A DNA stretch of 64,000 nt from Amphiscolops sp. MND2022 (lineage: Eukaryota). A program made the translations under genes and the position numbers. Location: the NCBI GenBank assembly GCA_964187785.1, contig OZ076421.1, forward strand, positions 33,294,001 to 33,358,000, given 5' to 3'. The notes under the pieces were generated by a model, which was not told the DNA's origin, made no database searches, and worked only from the letters and a program-made list of their open reading frames with translations. This document shows, piece by piece, positions 38,201-51,000 of this stretch; position 1 is the stretch's first letter; each line of letters starts with the position of its first letter.

Positions 38201-38765
38201 ATGAGTGTCTTCCTTCCACTATTGAATTGGGGGTTGCGGGCAGACTGAGGGGAATGTCCCTTTGTGCTGCAGAATTGTTCAGTCATATGTGCTGAGTGAC
38301 GGCTACTCTCCGCAATCATTGTTTGCCGAGTCGACTTTGGGTCTGATCCGAGATGCCATCGCTAATGCTGGGCTGTTCTCTATTGGAGCTGATTTTAATG
38401 TGTGGGAAGATTTGTGTGATCCTGGTGAGGATTCATTCATTGCAGCTTTTTGTGATTTGTTTAGTGAGTTTTTGTCAAAGCGGCAACGTTCCAGTGATGA
38501 ACATTATGCGGAATGTAACTGAGTCAATCATTTGTCGCGTGCAGTGCAGGGATCCCGTAACAGTTCCGTTGTTCGGAGCCGTTCTAATTCTTCTGTTGGG
38601 AAGGAGAAAAGCGATGGGAGTAAGGCTGGCGAAAAAAGCACCGTTATGAAGCGAGTCGAGAAACCGAAAAAATCTAATGCCCAAGCTGGTGGTAGTAAGA
38701 CAACGACTCCGAAGAAGAAGCCAAAGAAGAATGTTGATCGTCCCGTGTATCATCATATTAAATAA
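35266..38765 (+). pseudogene. Antisense accessory gene copy 2: BED finger, hAT-like body and basic tail; at least 4 introns
   Basis: FFCRVCQRDVRMKTHGSGEFKRHFSSDGH, YTLFYEKDTDV, AVDEYNAYV and a KKKPKK tail. GT-AG introns at 35969-36143, 36267-36375, 36956-37075 and 37397-37489 each restore the frame. The stop is 37 nt from the convergent pol stop. Confidence 0.75.
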
Positions 38766-38802
38766 CTTTCCTGTTTTGGGGCATCTTTTGTAAAACTGTT
38801 TG

Positions 38803-41800
38803 TCATTCTTTTGATGTTACTGAATGAATTATGATTTTGGGCTTGTTGGTGTCCTTTAGTTTAGATAGTGAATTTAACGCAGCTACTACGGTTCGGTTTA
38901 GCGTGTCAGTCGTGTTTAGTAAGTCCTGAGTTTGAGGAGTTTCATCCGTAGTGACAGCGTCTATCATCCGGAAGTCAGGGTGTGCATTAGGTCTAGGATT
39001 AGGCCGTAGGTTATATCTTTTTGTTTTTCTGGGATTGTATCCAGCAACTATAGGCGGTAGTGTAGGCGGTATTGGGGGGCTTTCCATAGGCGGCGGGGTC
39101 GTTATAAAGGGGTTATCGCTGACGTCCAAGTTGAATGACGTATCATTTCCGGGGGATGTGGTATCCTCGGTTGTCTTTTCCTCTGCAGTTGTTATAGTTG
39201 CTTCATTGTTCGTTGTATATCGGTCTTCAGTTTGCACTTCCGTGATCGTAGCTTCTTCATTTTCTTTTTCCGATGAGTTTCCGAACAGAACTTCTCCGAA
39301 TTCGATTTCCCAAGCTTGCGCGTACCAATCGAAATGGGTTGTTTTAACCTCGGGATCTGGAAGATGATCTTTCACTTTGACTGTTACGTCAGGTACTCGT
39401 TGATTGGGCGCATATAGCCTTAGACGAATTCTATGGAGGGTTTGCGTGTATCTTGTTCCCGTTCGTCTTACGACGTAGTTGTTATTAGAAAGGACTTTGA
39501 CCACTATGTATGGTCCCGTCCAAATGCAATCTTTGAAAGCGAATTTCATTAACTGGTTATCAGCCTTCGGATTCAGGACGTAGCAATAGTCATTGACTTT
39601 CAATGGCGTTGCTGTCGCTTTTTTATCATAATATCGCCTAAACTTCAAATAGGATTGCATGAGGTTGTCCATGGCTGACTGATGAATTTCAGTGATTTAC
39701 TTCTGTAATTCATCCGTTAGGTCTTCGTTGGCGTCTTTTTTCCATTCTGGCTCGAGTCCCAGTTTGATGTCCAGAATGTTGTACGGGATGCGTCCGTGAA
39801 ATACTGTTGTCCGTTCGCAGCCAAGGCTTTCATGATAGCTTGTGTTGTAGTTCATGACTGCAATTTGTACGTATTTATGCCACATTGAACGGCGTTCTCC
39901 CGTTGATATTTTGAGGGACGTTTCCAAGGATGCATGCGTTCTCTCAAGTATGCCGATTGTTAGTGCATGTTTCGTCGTTGCGTGGCTAATCCGTATGTCA
40001 AGTGTCTGTGCTGTTTGATTACGACATCTGAGCGGAATTGTGATCCTTTGTCGGTGAGGATCACCGTAGGTAGATAACAGTGGCGTGTCATTACGTCAAT
40101 TATGCATCGGCCTACTGACCTGGCTGGCATGTCCTGAGTAGGGTATGTGAAGAGGTATCGAGAGAAAACGTCCATCATTGTTATGATGTGCTTGCATCCA
40201 TTTGATGAGGGTAAATTTGGTAGGATGTCAACTTCTAAGCAATACTCTGGGCCGAATGTAAATTCCGTGTTGCTCAGCATTTTTGGGCGTATTTGTCTCG
40301 TGTCAATCCGTTTGTTGGCTATGCAGTCAGGGCAATTGATTACCGAAGCTCTGATTTTCCGTGCAAGTCCCGGATAATAGTAGTTTCTCCGGCTTTCTTG
40401 GATCATCTTTGTTATTCCTGGGTGTTTGTTGGTTTTTCCGTGCAGTGTTGATAGAATTTCTGGGACTCTATGTTTCGGTATGAGGATTTGGTGATGCCTG
40501 ACTGTGCCATCCTCTCCGTAATATTTGCGCATGATAACTCCATCTTTGACTATTATTCGTTCTTCGTGGCGTAGCAGATTTTTCCCTCGAGGTTCAGTTT
40601 TGAGGAGGTGTTTGTCGTATTCTTCGTGAAGTAGACGTAACTTTAGCGCTTTCAGTATTGGATCCGCGTCTTGTTCTTTGCGTATTCGGGCATTTTCCTT
40701 GATGGCTCCAAATGCATAGACTTCCGTGTTGAGCGGTATGTGAACTGTTTCTGCTACTTCAGTGGATAGGTTTTGTTGATCTTTTTCGTCCACTGCTCTT
40801 TGTTTGCTAAGGGCTTTCCTTGCAAAAACTTCTTGTTCTGATTCGTCTTCTTCGTCTGGCAAGAAAAAGAGTTGTTCTTCATCAGCAACATTTGTGGACT
40901 GTAGGTTGACTTCAATGGGCGCCGTTATAATGTCGTCTCGTAGCTTGAGTTGAACCTTTTCTTTTGGTGTTAAAGCCAGGTGAGACAGAAAATCGGCTGC
41001 TGTGTTTTGTGACCCGGCTACGTGCATGATGCGGAACTTGAATTGTAGTACGTAGTCACAGGCATTCCAGAGAGCGGGTGGCGTTGTCTTTGTTTGGAAA
41101 AATCTTGGTACTGATCTGTTGTCCGTTAATACTAGGGTTGGTAGTGTTGTTTCCCATAGGATGTGACGGTATTCTTTGAATGCGTTTTAGATGGCGAGGA
41201 ACTCTTTGCAGTATATTGACATTTTTAACTGTGACGGAGAGAATACGCGTGAGCCGAAGGCAACTGGTGCGAAGGTTTTCCGTTTGTAGAGTAGTTTTTT
41301 GTCGTCGTTTCCTTCTATCATTAGCGCGTATCCTGATGCTCGGAAGCTTGCGTCCGTCATTAGTACGTAATGTTTCCCTGCAACAGGTTGTCTGAGGGCT
41401 AGTCCACATGCTTCCGCTAGGCTTGCGTTGATGGTTTTGAAGTTGTCAACAAGTTCTTTTGATATGGTGATTTTTGCATCTGCTTTTGAGAGTTCATACA
41501 TTCCGATCACCTTTTTGGACAGTCGTGGTTCGTAATTTCTGTAGTAGTTGATAAATCCAATGTTTTTCTTGTTCTTTGATCGGGGAAATCTGATTTTTGC
41601 CAAGAAGTTGGTGACTTTGTGGTCTTGCGGAGCTGCTGCGTTAGCTGTGATGGTTCTTCCGAGAAATTCGATTTGGGTAACGCCGAAGTGGCATTTCTCA
41701 ATTGTGAGTTTTAGGCCAGCTTTGCGAATGCATTTGAAAACTGCTCTGATGTTCTTGATGAGTTGTTCCGTTGTGTTGGCGGCGATTCCAATATCGTCTA

Positions 41801-44111
41801 CGTATTGGGCACACTGGTCTGCTTTGATGACAGTGTCGAGGTATTCCCACATGAAGCTCGAGAATGCTGACAAGGCCCTACAAAGTCCTTGGGCTAGCCT
41901 ACGATAGGCAAACGTTCTACTAGCAAAATTAAATGCAAGGAGTTCTACTGACCTTTGATCCGCCATTTGGAGACAGTGGTAGGCTTGTGAGCAGTCGAGT
42001 TTGCAGAACAACTGTTTCCCCGCTAGGTGTGGTGCAGCATCTGAGAGGGTGCTGATGGGGTGGTTGTTGTTTATGTAGTCGTCTGAGGTGAGGGCGTTGA
42101 TCTTCCGTAAGTCACCTAGGAGCCGCAATTTGTCGTTGGGTTTGCGTTGCGCAAAAATGGGGCGAGCATATTTCAAAAATGGGAGGGTTGTGATGATCCC
42201 ATATTTGTGCATCAGTGCTAGCTCTACTGTGAGGTCGTTTTTGAGGTTGATGGGTACCGGTAGACTCTGCGTGTATACTGGTTTGTCATTTTTGGGAGTT
42301 AGGCAGACCTTGAACTGGGTGTTCATTCTGATGTCTAGCCGGTGGCGTGCGCAGATGTCGTTGAAATCGACTATGATGGACTCCAGATTTTCACGATCCT
42401 CTCCCGTTATTAACGAATCATTCCATTTGAACATTGAGAGGAATTGGGATCTGGATTTTTCGTCTTGTTTGGTTTCCAGTTCTTCTAATTTTTGTAGTCC
42501 CCGTAGTTCTCGCAGAAGGCGCTGCTGGATAGGTGTGTGTTCCGGTTCATCTCCGGGATTTTCGGGAGTAGGGAACCAGAATTTTTCTTCTGTTTGTTCT
42601 GGGGAATCAATTTGCATTAGTGCATTTACGCACGCAACAACATCGTCGTGTTCGGTGAGTAGATTGAGGGCTGCTATATCTACTGCTCGTATCAATTTCG
42701 TTTCCTCAGGTTTCAGTATTTGTAGCTCTGCTAGTTTCGTGTGTGGCGTTATTGTATAGGGGAACTCTGTGGTGTTCGCTATTTTTATCGCCACTCGTTT
42801 GTCTCGTGCTGTTGTTATTGCTGGGGCTACCACAAGTTTTGCATTTTCGTCAAACTGTGGTGTCCCAGTTGTCCCAGTTATTGGGTGATCGTTACTTACA
42901 GTAATGGACGCGTGGATGATCCGTGTGGCCTGTGCTGGAATGGTGTGTTTTTCTTCCGTCTTGATGGTGATGGGTTTGGGGTTGCACTTTTGCATTTCAT
43001 CCTTTAGAGCTAGGGTGATTTGTATTTGAGAGAAGTCTATTGTTCCTTGTGCAGTATCTAGGATTGCGGAATGTTTCCGGAAAAATGCTGGACCGATGAT
43101 CGGGTAGGATGTTTTGGTCATGATGATGAAGGTCTCTTCGAACGTGTAGTCGCAGATTTTGAACTTCAAGGTGTATGTCGCGCGAGCTTTTTCGAGTTCG
43201 GTGTTGGCATATTGTATTCTGAAAGTGGCGGAGGGGCCTTTGCAATTATGGCTGCATTGGTTTCGTTTTGTATCTTGTCTGCATCCTTTTCGCTGATGAC
43301 GTTGATGTCGGCACCCGAATCGACTAGTGCATCGATTCTGGTGTTTTTGAAGTCAAGGGGTATGAAAAGCATTCTTCTCTTCTTCTTGAGAGTAATTGCT
43401 GACATCAACGGAAAGTAGTCGTCATCTTTGGCATGTTGTATGAATTCCTTTATGACGTTGAGGTCATAGGGCAGTTGTTGTGGGCATTCTGTTACTTCTC
43501 CATTTTCGTGGTGATTTTTCTGTGTTGGTAGTTTGGGTGCTGTTTTTGGAGGTGATGCTGTAGGATAGGTTTTTCCTCGTTGTTCTCTTTCTTGTTGTGC
43601 CCATATCGTTTTATCCTCGATGCAGATGATGTTCTCTGCATCTATCGGTGTTGACGTGGTGGTGACGGGTACTGTCGGGGACGGTGTTGTCATTTTTAGG
43701 TTTGGTGACGGCGGCGATGGTAAATTTGTAATCTCTGTGGATTGGGCTTGAGGGTTTGGGACCTGGATTTTGAAAGAGAGTTTATTTGTGTCATAGATGG
43801 TTGGTTCGTCTATAGTCTCTGTCATATATGTAAATGCGCTCGGTTCTTTTATTCTGGCAGAGGTCTTTTGAGTGTCGCATAATTATCGGGTGACTCCGTT
43901 ATCCATTGGGGTAGTGGTGTTGGGTCCTTTGGGTGTCTGGCATTGTGTCTAAGTATCATGCCTACGTTCCAGCGACGTTGCCAGTCCTGGGTTGATTCCT
44001 CGTTGCTTTCTGTGAAAAAATCCTCTTCATATCTATTTGGGGGGTCATCTATCGTGTACGCCTTGCGTCTACCGTTCCCCCGAAGCGGAGGCGCGGCATT
44101 CTTGGTTTTTT
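38803..44111 (-). pseudogene. pol: Gypsy pol (a few frameshifts and stops)
   Basis: LVDSGA (PR), LDCSQAYH and YVDD (RT), LMTDAS (RH), HPG..CPDC / DVFSRY / TDKGSQF (INT), and WTGPY. Confidence 0.95.
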
Positions 44112-45507
44112 GGCTGGATTTCAACAATGGGGATCGGTTGTTCGCCAATTTGGCTTGTGGGTATGGCGAACTCGTGTCGCTTTTTCCTAGGGTCATTCGC
44201 CTCATTAGCTCCGTACCAACAGTTTTCAGTTTTGTGGAGTTTTCTACAAGTATCGCATTTAGGTTTGGGTAGTTCATTGATGTTGGGGATGCCGTTCTGC
44301 TTTAGTTTCATAGTAGCGATCTTTTCGTAATTTACGGCATTGTGCCTTATAATGCCCATATTTGCCACAGTGGAAACAGTTTCCTCGTTGATTGAGTTCC
44401 TTTTTGGTTCCGTAGGGCAACGTCAACCGCGTTTAAATGGTACTAGAGTGGTTTCGTCTGGGGCGCCCAGGCCATTGAGGCGCATCTCTATTTCGAGATG
44501 TAGGACAATGTCGCTATACGGTTTGTCCTCGAGGTAGGCTCGGTTAAGAATCTTTTTGACATGGTCCGGCATTTTGGCGTATATAGCCTTGTCTTTACAT
44601 TTTCGTGCTTCTGAACCGAACGCTTCTTTAGCTGTTTTTTGCTAGTGTGTCTAAGAATTCGTGTAGTTTTTGCTTGGTTGGATCAAAATGTAGCGAGTCC
44701 CATTCGCATCTCGCTTTGGCCGACAATTGAAAATCTCCGAAGCGCCGTTTGAATGCCGTAATTACCTCCTCTAGGTTGTTTTTCTTGGCGTCGTCTAAGT
44801 TGCAATATGCCTGCAGCGCATTGCCTTGTAGTAGTGAGTGAAAGTAGTTGATTTTTTGAATTTCTGTTAGATGTGGGTACATTTTTTTTGTTGTTTCGGA
44901 ATAGGTCCTCGAAAAGTTCGAATTTTTTGGACTTACCATCAAACACAGGTAGGGATGCAGTGAGTGCTTTTGGCATTGAAGGCGGGTGAGGTGGTGGGTG
45001 GGTTTCCGGTTGGGGAGCGAATAATAGTCTTGATGTCGAAGGTCGTTCGTTGGGTGGCAGACTTTGTGGACGGTGTGGTCGCGTCTTCTTTTTCCCCAGA
45101 TTCGTGGAGTCATTGAGGACTCCTGTCACCATGTTACGAGCCGGGGTAGTTTTATGAGTAGTCGCAGTGGTTTTAGTTTTAATTGGAGTTGAGGTTGCAT
45201 TTTCCGGAACGTTTTCGGACTCAGAGTCAGTTTCATCGGAAGCTGTTATCACGGTTTGTTTTCTAGTTGTAGGGGCTATTAGTTTTAACACCTCCTTTTG
45301 GTTTTCAACTAAGATTTTAGCAAGGTCAGACATTATTTCTTTCCTCAGCGAGGATTTGATTTGTTCTAGATTTTCAGTAAGTACTCTAGGAGATTTGCTC
45401 GTTCCCGCTACGGGATTTAGGTTCCGGCTATTCTCAGGTAAGGGGGTTTCAATTTAAGTGGAAACTAGTTCTTCGACAGATTTTCTTTTCTGGCTTTCAG
45501 TAGTCAT
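44103..45507 (-). pseudogene. gag: Gypsy gag starting inside the 5' LTR
   Basis: MTTESQKRK at 45507, LPVFDGKSKKFELFEDLF, knuckles CFHCGKYGHYKAQC and CDTCRKLHKTENC, and A AAA AAC at 44111-44105. Confidence 0.9.
45120..45131 (-). promoter_or_regulatory. Primer-binding site
   Basis: TGGTGACAGGAG immediately follows the LTR end ACA, and the same 12-mer follows the LTR at 61660. As recalled, it is one mismatch from the complement of a tRNA-Leu(CAG) 3' end; this is not verified. Confidence 0.8.
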
Positions 45508-47091
45508 TTTCAGAAAGAGAGAGAGGAGTAGTTTCTTTGAAAAATTCAAATTCTCCAAAAAAAATTGATTTTCTCAAAACGAGGTTTTAACGTAGCAGAA
45601 AAAGCACTGATTCAATTATTTTACAAATTCCTGGGTATATATATTTTCACAGCATCTTTGGTTCCTCACCTAAAAGTTCCTAGGAATCCCTAAAATCGGT
45701 TTTGTTCATTAAAAATGTTCAATCTCCCTTATTATTTCACCCCTTCAATCAATTGTTCATACTTTAAAATTCCTAGTCACGGCTCCTTGTTCCTAGTCAC
45801 GGAGTGCCTTGTTGAAATCAATTTTGTTCAACAACATCATTTCCAGTTTGATCGCGGAAAAAGCGGCAAAATAAAAGTTTAGTTGAATTTCTATCAAGAA
45901 AAGCACGCTGGCGTGAACAATGATTCATCCCAAAACTAGTGAAAATCATCTGTTCGCGGCAAAAGAATGACAAGCAAAATTGACTACGGAAACATCTCGG
46001 ACTGATTTTGGATTAATGTAGTGCAATGTTTGAAAAGGGACAAATGATGCTGGAAAATGGTCAATACAGGTCGAGGACTGAACTAACTGATAACATGGCA
46101 CAAAATCGTTCTAAACTAATTTTAATGTGTTGAAACATAATGGCTAAATCAATTAGTTCAATGAACATAACGTAATAAACCTACAAAACACACTCTTTCC
46201 AAAATGAAGGAAAGCACCTTTTGTTTGAACATTTACCTTGCCTAAACCTGCAGCACGATCATTTCGATTAGTTATAAAAAACGGAGAAAATTCGGAGGTG
46301 TATTATTTAAATAATATGATATTTTGAATATTCCGACACGATTCCGTATGGCATGGGGAGTATTTCGGTATATTAAAATAATTTTGATCTTGCAATTTTT
46401 TCCTTAGTCGTTCTTTACGTATGAACATTAGGTATAACCTCATTATTTTACAATTTGCTCCGTAAGCGCTCCGTGCGTATTAGGATTAGGTATAGCTTCA
46501 TTGCTCTACAATTTGCTCCAAGAGCGCTCCGTGCATATTAAGATTAGGTATAGCAGGCTTGCTGTCAACGGAGCTATAACGGATTATTAAGCCATTCTTA
46601 AATCATTCTTAGTGACGTCACTAGAATAATTCTCACTAGCTTGAGCGCAAATATGCTGGTTTTAGCTGTGACACCATTGGCCCGTAAATTTATAAATACC
46701 AGTGCTTTACTTGTTTGAGCGACGCTGTCATAACAATGTAAGAGCTTACTGAAATTACTTGACTGCGATTTGAGTAGGTTTTTACAGCTACTTCAACTAC
46801 TGGAAACAATTCCATTATGCTATTTTGTGTTCTTTTCATTTTCGATTGTATGTATTCTATTGGGATTGCGGAATTAAATAACGTTTTTATTGTTTTCTTT
46901 CTAATGTGGAAGAGGAAAAGAATGATCACAGAGTTAAGAATGTTTTCGTTTTGTAGTTTAGGTTGGTATGGAATTTTCAGCAGACGAAACCGGAAGTAAG
47001 AAAAATAGCCGCGTATGAAAACATTAAGCCGGAAGTTTCGTTTGTTTGCTTTCACAGCAAGAAAAATCCCGACCGGGAGCGGGTCGTGACA
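45132..47091 (-). repeat. 5' LTR (1960 bp)
   Basis: Pairs with 32051-34175 but is visibly diverged from it. Confidence 0.95.
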
Positions 47092-48096
47092 ATTCTTTTA
47101 TATGCTGTGAGGGAACAGATTGCGTTCTTTTGCTGTTTTGACCTCTCCCATCATCCTAGCGAGTTTTTCATTCATTTCGTTTCCCAATGCGGACATTTCT
47201 CGGTTTGTTCTATCAGAGATTCTCTGAATCCACACTTGCACACTTGCATCCCATTCGCGTTTTGTGTGCTATCATTTGAAACTTGATCTCTTTATCTAAC
47301 TGAAATAATATTTTCAAAACTACTGAGAGTCTCAATTAAAAATGCATTAGCTTGTGACGGCTTTGCTTCTCAACCACTTATCTCTTGCTCGTCCTCGTCC
47401 TGCTGGTAATTGTCCTCGTCTATATCCCCTGGCTGCTTTTCTTGTTCTCCATGCTCAGTTCGAATAGGATGCTGTTTTGGCGCAGAGAAGGATTTCAATT
47501 AGGTTGAAGAAAGTAAAGTAGTATTGAGTTGATAACAATCTCAGAGAGATCAAACATACAACTGACTTGGCGAAGTGAAGTAGAAGTTAGAATGAAATCA
47601 ATCACAGTTTGCGTATTTAACACAGATAGAAAACGTCGGTCTGATTTCCGCAGAGGTTTTCTGAAGGAATGCAAAAAAATCTCCTTTTTGTACGAACTAT
47701 TTTTTGTTGCGTGGTAAACGTGTTTAGAGAATCATTCTTTCATAACTATGACGCAATATCCAAACATAGAGCTCCGTTGTATCACTGAGTTTTTAAACAG
47801 GATTATGCATGACAACATAGTTATGACTAGAATCCTGCATGAGGTTTACTGCACTGCATTCTGATTGACTGTTGTCTTCATCACGTTACAAGTACCGTTG
47901 TTTGAATTAACAAAACCACTTATGACAGTACGTAGTGTGAGTCAAATCATCCATAACTATTTGTTCCTATTATATACTGCACAACTGTGGATAAATAATC
48001 TTGATGATTAATACTTCCAAACGCCATATTAGACATCTGAGAAAGGTGAAGTTATCGTGTTTTATGCGGCAAACCATGTCTAGCATTCACATCGAG

Positions 48097-51000
48097 TGTT
48101 GGCGCACGACATCACTATGATCGCGCAGTAATTTATAGTCCACCTAGCACTGTGGATCAGTCTTTACCTCCGAACCGGTCTGCGCGAGTGGGAATCTGCG
48201 ACAGTGCTCTTTTTTGTTTCTTTGTTTATTCATTCCTTGACGATTAAATTTGATCCATCACTTTGCCGTAACATTAATTATATTGCTCATTTCTCATTTA
48301 TAATTTTTACTGATTGATGTTCACTTACTCATCGATAAAATGCTCAATGTTGCAAACGTGTATAAACAACCTGCAAAAACCTTTTTGTTGCCCTTGGGCT
48401 GTAAGTGCCATTCATGTTTCCCAATAACCAGTCAACAACCAGTCTTCATTTTTTTACTATTCTTTTTTCAATTATCCTTCGTACACACAGTCAATAAATG
48501 TTCTCAAATATAGATCTCTTGCCTTGAGTCAAGATCCATATCGCAATAGTTTGAACTCTATCTTTGAGTTCCTTCAATCTTCGTAGTTCATACTTTTTCT
48601 TGAGTTTCCCCGTTGTAGCTTGAGAGCTACCCCGAAAAATTGGTGACCTCGACGTGATATCAACAGCAAATGGATCAGGAGGTTCAAACGGCTCTGGTGG
48701 TGAGATGAAGTTGCCTCAGCTCAAACGATCAAGAGGGGCTCATCGCGTTGTGTTCACAAGACGGGCAACAGCAATCCGGCAAGCAAGTGGATCGCTCGAG
48801 GGTGTTCAAGTCACATTGGAGTTCCTGATTGATCATCGCAAGATGCTGACAGAGTTGGATTCGCAGATCCCACAACCCATTGAAGACGACGATGAACTAG
48901 TAGCCGAAGTGGAGGAAGCGGCTGACTTGTTCATGGCAGCAGAAAGGGCAATCAATTGGTGTCCGAGCAAGATCAAGGAGTTGCAGCCTCCAAGTCCAAG
49001 CGGCGTAGTGGTACCATCAAGTGGCAGTCTGACCACGCAGCTCCCTATGCTGACAGTTCCTTCATTCAGCGGTGAATACACACAGTGGGTCTCTTTCTGG
49101 GACCAATTCACAACACTGGTTGACCGTAAAATTGACATGACCAACGTTGAGAAGCTATCGTACTTCAAGTTATCAGTGAAGGGTGATGCAGCTCAGATAG
49201 TTTCATCCCTGTTGGTCACTGATGCAAACTACGACTTCGCGAAATTGAAGGCGCTCTTAGCTGCAATTCATGCCCTACCAGCCATAAAGAAGGAGTCAAG
49301 TATCGAGCTGCGAAAATTGCTGCGAAAACTGTTTAGAAGCTTTGAGGCTTCCCGTCAATCAATGGGATGCATTACTAGTGTACTGGCTGCTGGAGGAACT
49401 TGATGCTGAATCAACGAAGCAATTTGAATTGGCTCATCCCGGCAAAGATGTGTTAACATTCAAGGAGTTAACTACATTTATGGATAGACGAAGCCGCGTA
49501 TTGGAATCCAGTGGTGACCAGCCTGAGGTCCCTAACCCCAAGACGACTCCCAAGAAGGTGCATCAGGAAGCCTACTCCTCAACTGTTGAGCACTCAGCGA
49601 CTTGTCAGATGAAAGAATGCAATTGATCACATTCAATCTCCCAGTGCGATCGCTACAAACAGTTGGGCGCGCGTGAGAGAAAGGCAGTGGTGAGGAAGCT
49701 CAAACTGTGCATGAACTGTTTGGGGCGGCATTTCGTGGCTGATTGTCCATCGAAGTTCAGCTGCCGCACTTGCAACGGGAGGCATCACACATCGCTGCAT
49801 TTTGATCGTCCAGTCGAGCAGCAAAGTGGTGCGATGAGTGGGGCTACATTCAGTGGTCCATCTGTGCTTCTGTCAACAGCAATGGTTGGCATAGAAGATG
49901 CAGCAGGAGAGACATTGATGTTTCGAACCTTGCTGGTCTCTGGGTCTCAAACATCCTTCATTACAGCGGATGTCGCATCAGAACTCAACATCTCCCGTTC
50001 AACAGTCGATGTGAAGATCTCAGGGATTGGTGGACGGCAACAGGCAGCAAAGGATTCTGTCAATCTTGTGATTGGTCATGATAATGTGAAGCAGCAGTAT
50101 CGTGATTTCATCAAAGAATTTGTGGATATTGGTCATCTTGAACAAGCGCCTCAGACGCATGATTTGTGTTACTACTTACCCCATCACTGTGTGTTCAAGA
50201 ATAGCACAACGACCAAGCTCCGTGTCGTGTTCGATGCTCGCAGCAAATCCCCGATTAGAAAACCGCTTGGAGGACGATGTGTTTGATATTCTCATTCGCT
50301 TTTGCCTACACCAGTATGCCATGTCGGCAGATGTGGCAAAGATGTACCGACATGTGGCTTTAGACAAATCAGATCGTGACTTCCATCGAATTCTGTGGCC
50401 TGAATAAGTGACAGATGAGATCCGAGAATTGCGTATGACCTGTGTGACGTACGGTGTTGCCAGATTCTCCTACCATTCAACCCGAGCGCTTCAAGAGAGT
50501 GGTAAAACAAACGGACCCAACCCCAACACATTAAATGTGATTCTCAATGACGTCTGGGTTGACGATCTACTTAGTGGAGCTGATACTCTGGAGGAAACAT
50601 GTGTGATTCAAGACGATTTGTTTGAAACCCTGAACAAGAACTGTCTCCCACTACGCAAGTGGAGCAGCAACGAACCCCAACTGGTCACTCGTCTTCTTAA
50701 AGATCTTCAAGAAGCTGGCGAGGCTTACGAAATCAACGACAAAACCCGTCAATTCAAAACACTGGGACTGACGTGGCATCCTTTGTGTACGAATGTTGTA
50801 GCGAGTATGTTTCAACCATTACCAAACGAACTTTACTCAGTGATGTTTCAAAGCATTTTGATCCAATTGGCATTATAGCCCCAGTTCTCGTAGTAGCCAA
50901 GGTCATCATTCAGTCTTGCTGGAAGCTGGATCTAGAGTGGAATGATGCAGTTCCAGATGATGTGTCACGGCAATACACAAACTGGAAAATGACATAAGCT

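Larger units (their letters stand above)
32051..47091 (-). mobile_element. Full-length Gypsy (Ty3/Metaviridae) LTR retrotransposon, 15,041 bp, carrying 4.6 kb of accessory cargo
   Basis: TSD ATTCT at 32046-50 and 47092-96. Paired LTRs run TGTCACGACC...CGTAACA, with PBS TGGTGACAGG. Domain order is gag-PR-RT-RH-INT. Confidence 0.95.

Noticed and set aside
35266-38765. An independent hAT transposon or a host gene
   Set aside because: I saw no TIRs or 8-bp TSD. The gene lies inside a TSD-bounded LTR element, and the same position and orientation recur in another family. A host origin of the ancestral gene is not excluded.
42088-42759. 223-aa plus-strand ORF and similar antisense ORFs over gag/pol (1626-1982, 38951-39367, 32092-32517)
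   Set aside because: These are shadow frames opposite real coding sequence.
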